Shown here: positions 18,341 through 27,713 of the stretch, one piece after another
How the letters are laid out: the number at the start of each line of letters is the position of its first letter
Position numbering within the stretch: position 1 is the first letter of the stretch
Virus record (IMG/VR): IMGVR_UViG_3300032092_000020
Length of the DNA: 64,000 nt
Origin: an uncultured virus (IMG/VR IMGVR_UViG_3300032092_000020)
Taxonomy: Duplodnaviria; Heunggongvirae; Uroviricota; Caudoviricetes
Strand: one strand, 5' to 3'
The notes under the pieces: model-generated
Told to the model about the DNA's origin: nothing
Databases searched by the model: none
What the model saw: the letters and a program-made list of their open reading frames with translations, nothing else
Made by a program: the position numbers and the translations under genes

Positions 18341-18766
18341 ATGCCCACGATCCAGCGAGACGAACTGATCGCCGCCGTGCGCGAGTTCGCAGAGGCAGAT
18401 CCCAACCATGTCTACACCAAGACGGACCTCAACCCATCTTCCGAGGACTACATCATGTCCTTCGAGGATGTCGGCGGATGTCTCTACTCCGACCTCGGCG
18501 TCGAGCAGTGTATCGTCGGACGCGCCCTGTCCAAGTGCGGCGTGATGATGAGCGTGCTCCGCTCTGCCGACCTGGATTCCTGGGGAAGCGTCGCGTCGGT
18601 TGTCACCCCCGAGGACACCAACGACGACGAGCCGCGCATCGTGGTCGAGGGCTTGACCGAGGACGATGTCCAGTGGCTGATGATCGTTCAGGATAGCCAG
18701 GACAAGGGGCTGCCTTGGGCCAAGGCCGTGTACCGCGCCGACATCGCCAAGGGGGTGCTCGCATGA
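18341..18766 (+). CDS. Hypothetical protein
   Basis: CLY...CIVG...Q..QD.G.PW. Confidence 0.75.
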   Translation: MPTIQRDELIAAVREFAEADPNHVYTKTDLNPSSEDYIMSFEDVGGCLYSDLGVEQCIVGRALSKCGVMMSVLRSADLDSWGSVASVVTPEDTNDDEPRIVVEGLTEDDVQWLMIVQDSQDKGLPWAKAVYRADIAKGVLA

Positions 18767-19119
18767 GTGCCCAAGAACTCGCCGACGGGTGGGCCGAGGT
18801 CGAGGCCGAACTCACCGAGGCTAAGGGCATCGCCTGGGACACCTGCCACAAGATCTACATCCTCATGGACGAGGAGCAGATGGCGCAGATGCGTGAGTAC
18901 GAGTACGACCCGCTCATCCCCATCTCGCACCTGGACGCAGGCAACCCCGATCGGTCGGACGCCTCCCTCCAACGCGCGGCGCTCGCGCAACTCCACGAGT
19001 GGTACGACGCCTCGTGCGGGCTCCGCTTCATCAACTCCGTTCGTACGAACAAGGAGGACCCCAACGAGGGGTTCACCAGCCTCATCCGGCAGTTCGCCTC
19101 CGACGAGGAGGATGACTGA
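18763..19119 (+). CDS. Acidic hypothetical protein
   Basis: WDTCHKIYILMD...WY..SCGLRFI. Confidence 0.75.
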   Translation: MSAQELADGWAEVEAELTEAKGIAWDTCHKIYILMDEEQMAQMREYEYDPLIPISHLDAGNPDRSDASLQRAALAQLHEWYDASCGLRFINSVRTNKEDPNEGFTSLIRQFASDEEDD

Positions 19120-19349
19120 TGGACGACATTTACGTCCTCACCGCGATCGTCGAGGCAGGGGTGAGAGCCGATGAGTTGACCGAAACCGACATCTGCGGAA
19201 TGCTCGGCACGACGCCGGTTCGCGCGTTCATCGACGACCTCCTCTGCCGCCTCCAAGACTACGGGTTCAGCCACGAACTCCACACGTCGTCTGGTGCCTG
19301 GGCGACGCTGTTGGAGGACGCGCTGGACGACATCGAACTACGCGACTAA
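19119..19349 (+). CDS. Small acidic protein
   Basis: TGATG coupling; stop overlaps box. Confidence 0.65.
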   Translation: MDDIYVLTAIVEAGVRADELTETDICGMLGTTPVRAFIDDLLCRLQDYGFSHELHTSSGAWATLLEDALDDIELRD

Positions 19350-19439
19350 CTCACGTTCACGCACCTGGCTTGACAGCCCCAAGCATCAGGGGTAGCGTTA
19401 CACCTGTCAGCAAGAACCAACCGACCGAAGGAGAAGATC

Positions 19440-19793
19440 ATGGCTCAGACTTTCCGTCACACCGACGACATCATCACCGAACTCGCCGGAACCTACGGCA
19501 TCCAGGACCCCGACAACCCCATGGTCGACCTCGACTCTGTGGAGTTCCTGGACCTCGACGCCGCGCGCGGACTCATCGAGGCGCTGAGTGAGATCGGTAC
19601 CGACGCCGAACTCTGCCCCGAAGATGAGTTCGAGAACTACGCGCGCGAACTCGCGGAGTCGGTCGGAGCGATCAGCGACACGGCCTCGTGGCCCAACAAC
19701 CACATCGACTGGAAGGCCGCAGCAGAGAGCCTGCGCCAAGACTACTCGTGGGTCGTCATCAACGACGTCGAGTACCTGTACCGTGAGTGCTGA
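19440..19793 (+). CDS. Acidic protein resembling the ArdA-like antirestriction C-terminal region
   Basis: F..YA.ELAE..G...WP..HIDW..AA..L..DY; functional call tentative. Confidence 0.55.
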   Translation: MAQTFRHTDDIITELAGTYGIQDPDNPMVDLDSVEFLDLDAARGLIEALSEIGTDAELCPEDEFENYARELAESVGAISDTASWPNNHIDWKAAAESLRQDYSWVVINDVEYLYREC

Positions 19794-19977
19794 CCTCACG
19801 GCGCTGGACCTGAGCGCCCTCGGCCCCACACACGAGTGTGTGTGCGGGTCGGGGGTGTTCAAGGCTCTGGTGTCGTTCGACGACTACGACATCGCGTCGT
19901 GGTCCCTCATCGGCTACTGCGTCGTCTGCGACTCGAAGGTGACTTTACCTTGCCCTGTCGATCGAACGGAAGGCTAG
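19783..19977 (+). CDS. Small Zn-ribbon protein
   Basis: GPTHECVCGS...CVVC. Confidence 0.65.
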   Translation: MSADLTALDLSALGPTHECVCGSGVFKALVSFDDYDIASWSLIGYCVVCDSKVTLPCPVDRTEG

Positions 19978-20078
19978 TCGAACTCACGTTCACGCACCCC
20001 CTCCCCTCCCCGTTTGACAGATTCGCGGAACTCGCATAGTGTCTGTCATGTCAGCAACCACCAAGCGAAGGGATCATC

Positions 20079-20810
20079 ATGTCAGTCAAGGTTCGCAAGG
20101 GAACGCAGTTCCGCAGCGTCATCGCCGACTGTTCGGCCTTGTGGGAAGTCACCTCCGTCAAGGGCGACACCGCCTACGCCGTCGTGGTCGACGAGCCGTT
20201 CGAGATCGGCGGCGTCACCTATCCAGGTGAGTACGCCGGACAGGAAGATGTCTTCCTCGTCGACACCATCAAGAGCCGCCTCGCGCTCTCGGCCGTCCTC
20301 ACGAGCCTAGACAACCGCCGCGAAGACTTCTTCGAGAACCTCACGCCTGGGGATGTGTACCACTACCACAACGGGTTCGGCGAGTACGTCCGATGCGTTG
20401 TGACCGAGAGCCACGAGTTCCAGCCGATCGCGCTGATCGGCGAGTGGAGGCAGTACGACCTCTACCGAGTCGACGCGACCGGCAAGGTCCACCACGGCTA
20501 CCACGCCGCGAAGATCCTCAGCGGTGAGGGCGCATGGCAGCCGTCCGAGACATGCGTGTACGAGTCCGACGAGTTCGTGGCACCGCGCGGAGAGGGACGA
20601 GACTTCGACCCCCGCCTACGCGACCCGCTCGACCTCACGCCGCCGACGCCCACCGCGGAGGAGACGCTGCGCCACGAACTCTGGAAGGCGTGGTACGCCG
20701 CAGGAGAGGCCATCGACAACCACCGCGACGAGCCGATCGAACTCATCCTGCCACGGGTGATCGAGAACCTCGCTACTCGCGTGGACAAGGCGCTGGGGGT
20801 GACGGCATGA
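20079..20810 (+). CDS. Hypothetical protein
   Basis: 243 aa after promoter 20014. Confidence 0.8.
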   Translation: MSVKVRKGTQFRSVIADCSALWEVTSVKGDTAYAVVVDEPFEIGGVTYPGEYAGQEDVFLVDTIKSRLALSAVLTSLDNRREDFFENLTPGDVYHYHNGFGEYVRCVVTESHEFQPIALIGEWRQYDLYRVDATGKVHHGYHAAKILSGEGAWQPSETCVYESDEFVAPRGEGRDFDPRLRDPLDLTPPTPTAEETLRHELWKAWYAAGEAIDNHRDEPIELILPRVIENLATRVDKALGVTA

Positions 20811-21049
20811 GCGCCTTCCGCGCGGTGCGCTTTCACGCCGAGGAGTGGGTCGACGATTATGGTGTCGAGATCGACCCGAAGGGTCCGGCCATCTGGACAC
20901 CCTCCGATCTCGACGCGTTGCTCGAAGGGTACGGCGACCCTGCCGACGCCTTCCGCTACGAGCGGTGGTTCGACTACGACCCCGCCTGTCCGGACTGGAT
21001 CAAAGAGCACGACGGCCCGTTCTGGATCGAGTTCGCCTTCGACAACTAA
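20807..21049 (+). CDS. Small acidic protein
   Basis: ATGA overlap; W..H.GPF; stop overlaps box. Confidence 0.7.
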   Translation: MSAFRAVRFHAEEWVDDYGVEIDPKGPAIWTPSDLDALLEGYGDPADAFRYERWFDYDPACPDWIKEHDGPFWIEFAFDN

Positions 21050-21134
21050 CTCACGTTCACGCACCCCGCTTGACAACGCAGGGGTGAGAGCGTAGACTCA
21101 TCCCGTCAGCCACCATCAACCGAAAGGACACACC

Positions 21135-21818
21135 ATGCCGAACTGGGTAGAGACAAACGTGAGCATCAGCGGCCCCGCGGACTCACTCCGCGCCTGGGCG
21201 AAGAAGAGCCTCGAAGGGTACGTCATCAAGGAAGGCGACCCGCAACTCGCCTCCGCACGCCACCTGGGTTACACGGGTGCGCGCACCGAGGGTGTGGGTC
21301 AGTTCACGTTCGGCGCGCTGACCGGCGTGCCCGACGACTTTGCCCACAACTGGTACGACCGGTCGGTCGAACTCTGGGGCACCAAGTGGGACGTCTCCGA
21401 CGTCAACACCGGCAGCGGGTTCGGCGAGGATGCCGGTCCCTCCGACCTGCTCGAATGTGTCGAGTCGGCGATCAAGGATCCTCGACCCGACGGGTCGGTG
21501 GTCTACTCCCTCTCGTGGAGCACCGCGTGGTCTCCCGCGATCCCGTACTTCGACGCGCTCGTTGCGGCCTACCCCGATCTCGTTGTTCATGCGACTTACA
21601 TCGACGAGGGCGACAATTTCGTCGGGTACGCGATCATCAGCGCCGACGAACGAATCGTGGTCGACCTCGACTCCGAGAGTCTCATCCCGAGGGCCGAGTA
21701 CCCCGAGGCCGATGACGACGGCAACGTGGACGAGGCCGCACTCGAAGCCTACTACGAGGCGCACATGGAGCGCGAGACGCTCGTGCGCGACCGCCTGGAA
21801 GAACTCTCCTGGGCCTGA
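21135..21818 (+). CDS. DUF1281/YubB ferredoxin-like-domain protein
   Basis: MPNW.., WYD....WGTKWD, TAWSP motifs. Confidence 0.7.
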   Translation: MPNWVETNVSISGPADSLRAWAKKSLEGYVIKEGDPQLASARHLGYTGARTEGVGQFTFGALTGVPDDFAHNWYDRSVELWGTKWDVSDVNTGSGFGEDAGPSDLLECVESAIKDPRPDGSVVYSLSWSTAWSPAIPYFDALVAAYPDLVVHATYIDEGDNFVGYAIISADERIVVDLDSESLIPRAEYPEADDDGNVDEAALEAYYEAHMERETLVRDRLEELSWA

Positions 21819-21888
21819 CTTGACGGGCAGGGGTGAGGCGTGTAGCCTCATCCCTGTCAGTCACCACCATCTACCGAAAGGACACATC

Positions 21889-22338
21889 ATGGGAGACAGG
21901 ACTTACCACCAGGGGCGCATCGTCGCTCAGTCGATCGAGACAGCGGTGCTCATCGGTGACCACCTCAGCCAGGAATGGCTGCCGAGTGAACTCTCAGTCC
22001 AGGGACGCATCGTTCAGTACGCGTGCGAGGATGCGTACCTCGGGAGCACCGACCAGATCATCGAGCAGGCTTACACCATCGCCCGCGACCGCGGCGAGGT
22101 GATCGCCTACCACGCGTGGGAAGACCCGCGCTACGAGTTCCCTGGCGCGCTCACCATGTCCGACGGGTCGGACTCCTGGTACGGAGACTGTACCTCGAAC
22201 GGTGATGCTTACCTGATCTATCAGGGATACGTCACGGCGAAGGCGGACGGCGCGACCGACGCTGTCATCTTCGGCGAGAACGTGCGGACCTCGTTCGAGT
22301 CCATCCTCACCGCTGCCGAGATGGAGGTGACGGTATGA
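21889..22338 (+). CDS. Hypothetical protein
   Basis: GAAAGGA RBS after promoter 21820. Confidence 0.7.
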   Translation: MGDRTYHQGRIVAQSIETAVLIGDHLSQEWLPSELSVQGRIVQYACEDAYLGSTDQIIEQAYTIARDRGEVIAYHAWEDPRYEFPGALTMSDGSDSWYGDCTSNGDAYLIYQGYVTAKADGATDAVIFGENVRTSFESILTAAEMEVTV

Positions 22339-22703
22339 GCATCGAAGAGGTCAGCGCCGACGGACGGGTGAAGGTCGAGTGGATCTACATCGGTGAAGGA
22401 CTGTCGGGAGACTACGACCCGGAGGACCCGAACGACATGCCACTCATGCGCTTTGACGCATACGTCAACACCCAACTCGTACCATCAAGCGTGATCGACT
22501 TTGAGTCGTCCGATGTCGAGGACGATCCCTGGGCGATGCCGCAAGATTCGTCGTACTGTACGTACGTACGCGAGGACGCGGAGACGGACGTGCTCCGCGC
22601 GTACGCCATCCTGATCGCCGAGGAGTTGAGCGGCGCACTCGACAGCGGTTCGTGGAAGCGCACCGCCGAGGAGTGCTCATGGGTGGGGAAGGTCAGCGCA
22701 TGA
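22335..22703 (+). CDS. Acidic hypothetical protein
   Basis: IGEG.SGDYDPEDP.D.PL.RFD...SYCT. Confidence 0.75.
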   Translation: MSIEEVSADGRVKVEWIYIGEGLSGDYDPEDPNDMPLMRFDAYVNTQLVPSSVIDFESSDVEDDPWAMPQDSSYCTYVREDAETDVLRAYAILIAEELSGALDSGSWKRTAEECSWVGKVSA

Positions 22704-22766
22704 GTGAGACAGCCAAGCCGATGGGTGGCTCGCACGAACACCACACAACATCAACGAGGAGGACCG

Positions 22767-23177
22767 ATGCAAACCTTTCTTCCGTATGAGTCCTTTCAGG
22801 CCTCTGCTTCATCGCTGGACAGACAGCGTTTAGGAAAACAACGTGTTGAGAACTTACAAATTATGAAGGCTCTGCTCGGCCTCTCGAAGGGTTGGTCCAA
22901 TCACCCTGCGGTACGTATGTGGCGCGGGCATGAGGACTGGCTCTTGGAGTACCAGCGAGCCATTTGCGAGGAGTGGACCTCGCGGGGATACAAGGACACC
23001 TGCCTACAGAAGACCGAAGACATGACTCCGAAGAGCGTATCCGACTACCCAGAGTGGCTGGGTCGTGAAGATCTCCACAGGAGTCATCGGATGAACCTGA
23101 TGCGTAAAGACCCGACGTTCTACGTGTTCCCCGATGCTGGTGATCCTGTTACCGCCGAATACGTTTGGCCCGTCTAA
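22767..23177 (+). CDS. Pyrimidine-dimer DNA glycosylase-like (MSMEG_6728 family) protein
   Basis: MQTFLPY..F..SA..LD..RLGKQRVE, NHPAVRMW, H.SH..NL.RKD. Confidence 0.85.
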   Translation: MQTFLPYESFQASASSLDRQRLGKQRVENLQIMKALLGLSKGWSNHPAVRMWRGHEDWLLEYQRAICEEWTSRGYKDTCLQKTEDMTPKSVSDYPEWLGREDLHRSHRMNLMRKDPTFYVFPDAGDPVTAEYVWPV

Positions 23178-23286
23178 CCGTACTCTCCGAACTCACGTTC
23201 ACGCACCCGGCCAGGGGTGATTTGACAAACGCAACTGGTCGCGGTAGGTTCATTCAGTCAGCACGCAACTTCACGAAAGGAGCATC

Positions 23287-24096
23287 ATGGCTACCACGAC
23301 CGAGATCCTCGTCGCCGATATGATGGGTGTGCCCGTCAGCGAAGCCAAGGAGGCAGACTCTGCCACGCTTGGCTACTGGGGCGGCCCTGTCCTCGACGCG
23401 TTCCACTTCATCGTCAACCGACTCAGCGCGCACGAACAACTCAACGACTACTTCGCCGCTTGGTCGTACGAACACGCGCGCAACGACTACGCGAGCGACG
23501 CGCTCGAAGCGTTCGTGACCACATGCTTCTCGGGGAACGTCAGCGTCCAGGGGGCGAACACCTACAACGGTGAGGACTTCCTGTCGGCCACGCTGCAATA
23601 CCATGTGCTGCGGAATGAGTACTACCACGGTGTCGTCAACTTCGAGGGACCGGCGGTCGAGGGCTACCCGGACGGACTCTACATCGAAGACGTCCTTGGA
23701 CAGGATCTCGTCTTCCTCCAAATCCACCGCGGCGGGGACGTGCGCGGCAACTACTCGGACCCCGCCTTCTTCACACTAGATGATGAGGCCTTCCTGTACG
23801 ACAACGCGTCGGCCTACCTCATCTGCGCAGGGGTGGAAGAACAGATCGTCCCTGGGCAGATCACGTTCGACGGTGAGGTCATCAGCGCGCGGCTGACCAA
23901 CCACCAGATCTTCTACTCGGGCGGCCTGCTCGAAGAAGCACGACAGGTCAGCACTGAGGTGTTCGAGGACAGCACCGGGCGCACGTCGGAGAATGACCTC
24001 GCCGGGTACACCGAGAACGAACTCATTGACACATCCGGAGATGTGTGGAAGTGTAGATGCGGCGCGACGTTCCGCGTGGAGGCACCCTTTGCCTAG
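23287..24096 (+). CDS. Hypothetical protein
   Basis: NTYNGE..LS...QIH.G.DVRG.YS.P. Confidence 0.8.
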   Translation: MATTTEILVADMMGVPVSEAKEADSATLGYWGGPVLDAFHFIVNRLSAHEQLNDYFAAWSYEHARNDYASDALEAFVTTCFSGNVSVQGANTYNGEDFLSATLQYHVLRNEYYHGVVNFEGPAVEGYPDGLYIEDVLGQDLVFLQIHRGGDVRGNYSDPAFFTLDDEAFLYDNASAYLICAGVEEQIVPGQITFDGEVISARLTNHQIFYSGGLLEEARQVSTEVFEDSTGRTSENDLAGYTENELIDTSGDVWKCRCGATFRVEAPFA

Positions 24097-25258
24097 CGCC
24101 TACGCCTTCGCCCCCGGAAGCGGGAAGCACGGGTTGTACTACCGCCTGCCCGACCGCACGTGCTCGCTGCGCTCGCTGGACTTCGCGATCATCAGACACA
24201 CGCCGACCACGCTGGACGACGCTGAGGTCGCGCCGCGCCGATGGGTGATCATCGACCAAGTTCCTGATCGCCTGGTCGACATCCTTGAGAAGGGTGGGAG
24301 CCTCGGGCGAGAGGATCGCTACGCGCTCGAGCAGATCAAGAAGATCGCAGACAAAACCCCGAGCGGTCCGCTTGACGCCGCGCCCCTCACCCCGTACACC
24401 ACCATCTGGAAGGAGAAAGATCCCGTGACTCCAGTCGCAGTTGACCCGGTTCGACCCGTCGAAACGTGGGTCCCCGGAAAGTACATCCGCCCGAACGGTG
24501 AGGTCTATTACTCACGCAAGTTCAACGGCTCGGATGACGTCGAGTCGCTGCGCGAAGCGGTGACCGCTGGTCTGGTTCCGTACCTGTACGGCGACCCGGG
24601 CACCGGCAAGACCGCGCTCATCGAGGCCGCGTTCGGCGAGCGGCTCGAGACGCTGGTCGGCGATGCAGACACCGACTCCGCGGCCTTCGTTGGATCCTGG
24701 GTGCAGGTCGGCGATCACTACGAGTGGGTCGACGGCCCGCTTCTTCGTGCGATGAAGAACGGTCACGTGATGTTCATCGACGAGGTCGGGCTGATCGACG
24801 CACGGGTGATCTCGATCATCAACCCGCTGCTCGACGGGCGAGGGGTGATCGAGGTTCAGCAGAACCCGACTATGCCGCCGGTCTTCGCTGCTGAGGGATT
24901 CGCGCTGGTGTTCGCCGGTAACCCGAACGCACTCGGCGTACGCATGTCCGAGGCTCTCATCTCGCGACTCTCGTTCGCGCTCAAGGTCACGACCGACTAC
25001 GACATGCTCGAGCAGATCGGTGTGCGCGGGTGGCTTGTGGATGTCGCTGACCAGATCGTAGGACTAAGGACGAGGGGTGAGATCGCCTGGGCTCCGCAGA
25101 CACGCGAGTTGCTTGCTTGTACGAAGATCGAAGAGGTCTTCGGCAAGCAGTTCGCTGCCAACGCGCTGATCGGTATGGCTCCCTCGCACTCGGTTGCGCA
25201 GGTGACGCTCGCGCTCCAGGCTGGCGCAGGACTTGACGGCGAGGTGTTGTCTCTGTGA
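24089..25258 (+). CDS. MoxR/CbbQ/CobS-like AAA+ ATPase
   Basis: Walker A GDPGTGKT, DGPLLRAM, Walker B MFIDE, SEALISR; TTG start after GGAGG (start uncertain). Confidence 0.85.
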   Translation: MPSAYAFAPGSGKHGLYYRLPDRTCSLRSLDFAIIRHTPTTLDDAEVAPRRWVIIDQVPDRLVDILEKGGSLGREDRYALEQIKKIADKTPSGPLDAAPLTPYTTIWKEKDPVTPVAVDPVRPVETWVPGKYIRPNGEVYYSRKFNGSDDVESLREAVTAGLVPYLYGDPGTGKTALIEAAFGERLETLVGDADTDSAAFVGSWVQVGDHYEWVDGPLLRAMKNGHVMFIDEVGLIDARVISIINPLLDGRGVIEVQQNPTMPPVFAAEGFALVFAGNPNALGVRMSEALISRLSFALKVTTDYDMLEQIGVRGWLVDVADQIVGLRTRGEIAWAPQTRELLACTKIEEVFGKQFAANALIGMAPSHSVAQVTLALQAGAGLDGEVLSL

Positions 25259-26958
25259 CAATCAACCACTTGGTCCACGAGAAGGTAGCACAGTGGTGGA
25301 AGCCGCAGCGAGGATGGGCGAGCGCTGCTCAGATCCTCACGTACACACTCAGCGCTGGTCCGTGCCCTGGTGGACGGGTGGGATTCGTTGAGAACCCCTC
25401 AGGTGGGCTCGCCTGTTGTGATACGGACCACATGTCGATCTTCATCAACGGGCACGCGCTCGAGGGTAAGGATGCGCTGATCCCCGTGTTCGCGGTCGCC
25501 ACGGACATCAATCCAAAGCAAGGTCTTGTGGACTTCGCGCCATCGGTCATCGCTGCCTTCTGGCACGAGGTCGGACACCTGCTCACCCCGAGCACCGTCC
25601 TCATGGCAACCATTGATCATCCGAAGAGCCAGACAGCCAACACCGTCCTGAACGAGGTCGTCGCGGATTCGGCAGGGGTTGCGGAGATGCAGTCACGCGG
25701 AGTCCACGAAGACCAGGGGGTCGCGTTCCGCGGGACGACGAACGAGACGTCGGAGCGGATGCTGACGCTGCTTGCTCACGTGACTAACCTCGAGACCATC
25801 ACGGAGGAAGGGGTGGACAACGCTGAGTATGTGCTCACGTTCGCGACCCAGCACTTCTACCGTCTCGGGATCGAGACGGAGTCCGCGCTCGCTGCTCGAG
25901 CGATCCTCGGGGATGAGCACACGGAAGAACTTCGGGGCATTATCGCGGAGGCGGACATCCTCCCTGGCAGGCCGTTCGAGCGGCAAGGCGAGATCTTCCA
26001 GCGGTTGATGGAACGCTGGTGCGCGATCCTCGATCAACTCGATCCGGAAGCCGCAGAGATGGAGCGGCTACGGAAAGCCGTCGCGAAGGCGACCATCGAG
26101 CAGATGGGTGCCGAGGAAGCAGCGAAGGCCGAAGCGGTGGAGCAGGCGTTCGAGGAAGTTGCGCTCGAAGCATCGATGGACTACGCGATCTCCCTGAAAC
26201 GAGATCCACCCGCGGAAGAGCGACCTCCGACGGGTGGGGACTGGGCGCTTCGGACGAGGTTGCGCGAGGCGCTTGTCCATCTGAACTATCCGGACATCGC
26301 TCGAACCGAGGGGTGGGAGACTGCCCCACCCGGAAGGCTGTCGGGCGCTCGTGCCATGCAGCGCGACGCGCTCAACGAGATCGACCCGTTCCTCGGAGCA
26401 TCGGTCTCCCCGTTCCGACGGGTGGACCGGCGGGCTGACCCGATGGTCCCGATCTCGGTAGGGGTGATCATCGATCAGTCCGGATCCATGACGGCGCTGT
26501 CGGAGACGACGACTTCGCTGGGGTGGGCCCTGGCCGGAGCGGTACGCGACGTGGACGGTAAGGTCGCGGTCGCCTCCATGTCCTCGACAGGTCGGCTCAT
26601 CGAAGATTCTTACTCACACAAGGATCAGGTGGTCAACCACTACCCGGCCGACGGGTCGTTCGAGAACTTCTACGAGGCGTGGGAAGCGGTCACCACCGCG
26701 ATCGATCTCGAGAACGCGCCGGGGGTCAGACTCCTGATCGTCGCGACGGACTGGGAACTCGTCCGCGAGTCGCAGTCCATCTACACCGAGATGGCGCTGA
26801 CCAGATTCCGCCACAAGGGTGGGATCGTGATGAGCATCCATGAGGCGTACAACAACCACTTCGATGCACACATCGACGTATCTGTCAAGCCTGACGCAGC
26901 AGTGCAAGGCGTGATCGACATCTACCAGTCTATTCGTACGAGAAAGGAACACAGATGA
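25255..26958 (+). CDS. VWA-domain partner protein with N-terminal HEXXH
   Basis: HEVGH; MIDAS DQSGS; coupled to the AAA gene. Confidence 0.8.
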   Translation: MTINHLVHEKVAQWWKPQRGWASAAQILTYTLSAGPCPGGRVGFVENPSGGLACCDTDHMSIFINGHALEGKDALIPVFAVATDINPKQGLVDFAPSVIAAFWHEVGHLLTPSTVLMATIDHPKSQTANTVLNEVVADSAGVAEMQSRGVHEDQGVAFRGTTNETSERMLTLLAHVTNLETITEEGVDNAEYVLTFATQHFYRLGIETESALAARAILGDEHTEELRGIIAEADILPGRPFERQGEIFQRLMERWCAILDQLDPEAAEMERLRKAVAKATIEQMGAEEAAKAEAVEQAFEEVALEASMDYAISLKRDPPAEERPPTGGDWALRTRLREALVHLNYPDIARTEGWETAPPGRLSGARAMQRDALNEIDPFLGASVSPFRRVDRRADPMVPISVGVIIDQSGSMTALSETTTSLGWALAGAVRDVDGKVAVASMSSTGRLIEDSYSHKDQVVNHYPADGSFENFYEAWEAVTTAIDLENAPGVRLLIVATDWELVRESQSIYTEMALTRFRHKGGIVMSIHEAYNNHFDAHIDVSVKPDAAVQGVIDIYQSIRTRKEHR

Positions 26959-27713
26959 ACCAGACCATGAGGAACACGATCGTCACCCTCGCACGCAGCG
27001 GTGAGTCGAACGCGCGGATCCAAAAGCACACCGGAGTCGGGCGGATGACCATCTGCAACATCCTCCTCCAGGAGTACGAGGCCGGGACGCTCCCCGTGCC
27101 GAACCACGCGCTCACTCGAGAAGCGGTCGCCCTACGCAAGCGGGTCCGGGCGTACGCCGATGAGCACAAGCGGTTCTACGTCCAGGACGCCTGCGACGCG
27201 CTCGAGATCTCCGCTCCAACGCTCGACCGGCACCTGCGGTCGCTCGGGATGACGGATCGGACGCTCCCCAAGTTGCCGACGGTGACGTGGCGAAAGTACA
27301 CCGATGACGAGATGCTGGCAGCGGTTCAGGAGGCGTGGGCGATCCTTGAGACCAGGGGTGCGAGGTACCTATCGGTCGATCCCTACACCGCGCTCCGGAA
27401 AAGCAATCCCCAATGGCCCGGGGCAAACGCGCTCGTATCGCGGTTCGGGTCCTGGTCGGATGCCATGGAACTGGCTGGGATCCCGGTCAGGCAGGTAAGC
27501 CGACGGAACCGGTGGAGCCAGGAGGACATCGAGGACACCATGATCGAGTTCGCCGCGACGGGTGAGTCATCGATGGCCGCCTACGACCGGTGGCGGAGGG
27601 AGAAGGGCGGGGACCTTCCGGGTACCGGTGCGATCCTGAGTCTCGCTGGATCTTGGCGAGCGGTGATCAATTGGGCTGAGCACGAGGCAGCGGTGAAGGG
27701 GCTGCTGGTCTAA
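26955..27713 (+). CDS. HTH plus homing-endonuclease-associated-repeat protein, putative DNA-binding
   Basis: HTH-like segments; two repeats like Y..Y....P....L..FGSW..A; stop overlaps the last box. Confidence 0.65.
   Translation: MNQTMRNTIVTLARSGESNARIQKHTGVGRMTICNILLQEYEAGTLPVPNHALTREAVALRKRVRAYADEHKRFYVQDACDALEISAPTLDRHLRSLGMTDRTLPKLPTVTWRKYTDDEMLAAVQEAWAILETRGARYLSVDPYTALRKSNPQWPGANALVSRFGSWSDAMELAGIPVRQVSRRNRWSQEDIEDTMIEFAATGESSMAAYDRWRREKGGDLPGTGAILSLAGSWRAVINWAEHEAAVKGLLV

Larger units (their letters stand above)
1119..23263 (+). promoter_or_regulatory. Family of about 31 sigmaA/HrdB-type promoters, mostly with TGTCAGCA/CATCAGCA near +1
   Basis: TTGACA/TTGACG -35 at 1119, 1737, 2590, 2883, 3482, 4102, 4675, 6468, 6840, 7515, 7961, 8652, 9127, 9724, 10562, 11090, 11732, 12214, 12727, 13120, 13589, 14335, 15119, 16324, 16921, 18277, 19370, 20014, 21070, 21820, 23222; TAGATT/TAATGT/TAGTGT/TAGGTT-type -10 about 16-18 bp downstream; each followed by an RBS and ORF. 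Confidence 0.9.
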
